DNA of 63,010 bases, filler included, from Bigelowiella natans CCMP2755 (Eukaryota; Protista; Cercozoa): the NCBI GenBank assembly GCA_000320545.1. It is 9 parts of 9 records of this genome, joined end to end, with 100 filler letters (N's around TTAATTAATTAA, not from the genome) between each part and the next. Parts side by side here need not be neighbours in the genome. Positions count along the whole stretch, not along the records: positions 60,982 to 63,010 come from ADNK01003072.1; 8 more parts are not named here. One strand, 5' to 3'. Both the position numbers and the translations under genes were made by a program. How positions within the stretch are numbered: position 1 is the first letter of the stretch; the number at the start of each line of letters is the position of its first letter. Below the pieces are notes generated by a model, which was given only the letters and a program-made list of their open reading frames with translations, was not told where the DNA came from and did not search any database. Below, piece by piece: positions 61,153 to 63,010 of this stretch.

Positions 61153-62760
61153 AGGGATAATGATGATGAGGATGATAAAGATGATATGACTACGAGCATC
61201 ATTCCAGTACAAACGTGCGCGCGCGGCGCGCGCACACACACACGTACACACGCACGCACGCACATAAACAACACAACGGCGGGCACCCCCCGCCTCCTTT
61301 TACCTTCTTCAAACTGCACGCTGCGGCGATGAAGCCGGTGTACGTCGCCTCGTCTATGCGCAAAGCTCTCCCCCCCCCCCTCGCCGAGGAGGACTCCTTC
61401 TGGATGCTTGGGTACAGCTCGAGAGCTGCTTGCCACTCGGAGCGCTTTACGAGGCCGCATACCAGGTGGCGAGTGCTGATGGTGGAGACCACCTGAGAGG
61501 GGGAGGGGAGAGGGCGCGGTGCGCGAAGAAGGGCGATGATGATTGTTGTGGTTGCTATTGTGCTGGTGGGGGTTGATGGTAATCACAAGGTCTGCAAGGT
61601 GCGGACGATGGCAGTGCCTTCAACGATGCTCTCTCTGAGCTCGGAGTTGATTTTTCGAGACCACGGACGCATGCGCACCCGCGCAACCACACGCGCTCGC
61701 GCGTCCTGCATCGAAAAATCTAACAACACTACAAGTCCTGCATGCATTTTATCCCCCCCCCCCCCCTTTCCCAAAACGCTCCTATCCATCCCCTGATGAT
61801 ATGCCCCACCCCCTCACACACCTTGTTATTCGGACCCCCACGAAGATGGTCATTGTAGAGCTCAATGGCATCTAGAGGCTTCCCCCCCTCGCAGAAGGCC
61901 TTTATCAGCGCAGCGGCGGACTCTCGAGACTCCGGTATCCCGGCCTTGAGCATTTCGTCTCGCAGCTTCGTTGCGGTGCTGAAATCTCCGCACTTGGCGC
62001 AGGCATCTATCCCGCTCGTGAACGTGATTGCGTCCTTCTGGAGGCCCTCCTGAGGACGAGAAAGAAGGGGGGTAGTACACAATACAGCGCCAGTTGAGGA
62101 GAGGATGAAGGGGGGGAGGGAAGGAGAAAGTCCCAGGATGGTGACCGAGCATCAACGGAGTAAAAATTCACGATCATAGAGAAAACACACACACACACGC
62201 ACACACACACACACACACACACACTATATGCATATAAACATATACATATATAACGCTGTCGTCATCGTTTTCAAGGCGTCTCTCCTGGTTCTGTGCTGCG
62301 AACGACCTGATCCATAAGGTCCAGGAGCTCTAACGCGCGAGGCAGCTGTTTCCCCCTCGCCATCGTCGTGATCAAGATGTTGTAGGTCGTCGTGGAATTG
62401 CGCACGGTTGCTGCTGCGGCTGCCCTCTGCCTACCCTCGGCTGATGAGGACGGTGGAACAGGGCAGAACAGCGCCAAGACCTTCTGCACATGCCGCCAGT
62501 TTGGAGGGTGTAGTTTCGTAGCGCGTGAGACCTACGTTGTGTGTCGGGGGAGATTGGGTGAAGAGGGGGGGGGGGGGGGTTAGCACATGCCATGACCATC
62601 ATCATCATCATCATCATTCTCCAGGCATGATCATCATCATTAGCAGCAGCCGCATCGTCTATCACTTCTCTCTATCGTCGTCATTACTACCATCGTGAGC
62701 ATGGCATTCATGGTCCCCTCGGTAGGGCTTATCCCCTTATTGAGCATCTCATCCTGCAAA
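61020..62760 (-). CDS. Pentatricopeptide repeat (PPR) protein fragment (multi-exon)
   Basis: DEMLNKGISPTEGTMNAML, TTTYNILITTMARGKQLPRALELLDLM, DAITFTSGIDACAKCGDFSTATKLRDEMLKAGI, ALIKAFCEGGK, VEKALELLEAMRRENLSP. Confidence 0.88.
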
Positions 62761-63010
62761 TCCAAAACCCCCTTCCCGTCCTCCTTACCCTCCGGTGGGA
62801 AGCTAGTTTAAGAGGGGGGGGGGGGGGGGGGGGGGGGAAAAATTTAGTATCCGGTTTTGTGTGGTTTTACGGTGGGGGTTCCTCGCTGCCTACACAACAA
62901 AAGCCCCTCCCCAGAAAAAAATTAAGACCTCCCATTCGAAGTTGCCTACCCGGTACACCGTACCACGGGTGGGAGGAGCCTCAATTTAAACTTCCTTACG
63001 TGGGTGGCGG

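Noticed and set aside
1-63010. tRNA, rRNA or CRISPR arrays
   Set aside because: None recognised by eye; tRNAscan-SE or Infernal would be needed to exclude small RNAs.

Overview
Eukaryotic (protist) assembly window made of nine contigs joined by artificial 100-nt spacers (44 N + TTAATTAATTAA + 44 N), so adjacency across spacers is not proven. The host contigs are microsatellite-rich and mostly intron-rich. A bipartite-type leader suggests an alga with a complex plastid, possibly a chlorarachniophyte (inference only). Contig 1 (1-29428) holds ten genes in strictly alternating orientation: Tyr-kinase-type kinase, SH3-PRMT, histidine phosphatase, Costars, TTC1-like, SMYD-like, SKP1-like, GH63-like, hypothetical, GH3. 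Palindrome-rich tracts sit at each convergent junction. Contig 2 (29529-39828) is an AT-rich, intronless virophage (Lavidaviridae-like) segment: rve integrase, RNR small subunit, Tlr6F-like protein, major and minor capsid proteins, basic core-like protein, lipase and maturation protease. Five of its genes have a TCT(A/C) motif exactly 13 nt before the ATG, and hairpins follow the MCP gene. Next to the integrase is an ORF with an MLKL-like four-helix N-terminus, a coiled coil and near-identical Kelch repeats, a candidate virophage-linked cell-death or sensor protein. Contig 3 encodes a secreted YHS-family protein with an in-frame UGA at the conserved Cys position and a 3' SECIS-like structure (candidate selenoprotein), plus HSBP1 and a 4-helix/Cbl-EF-like gene. 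Later contigs hold fragments of a SAMHD1-like gene and a PPR gene. All family assignments come from motif recognition by eye; no searches were run.
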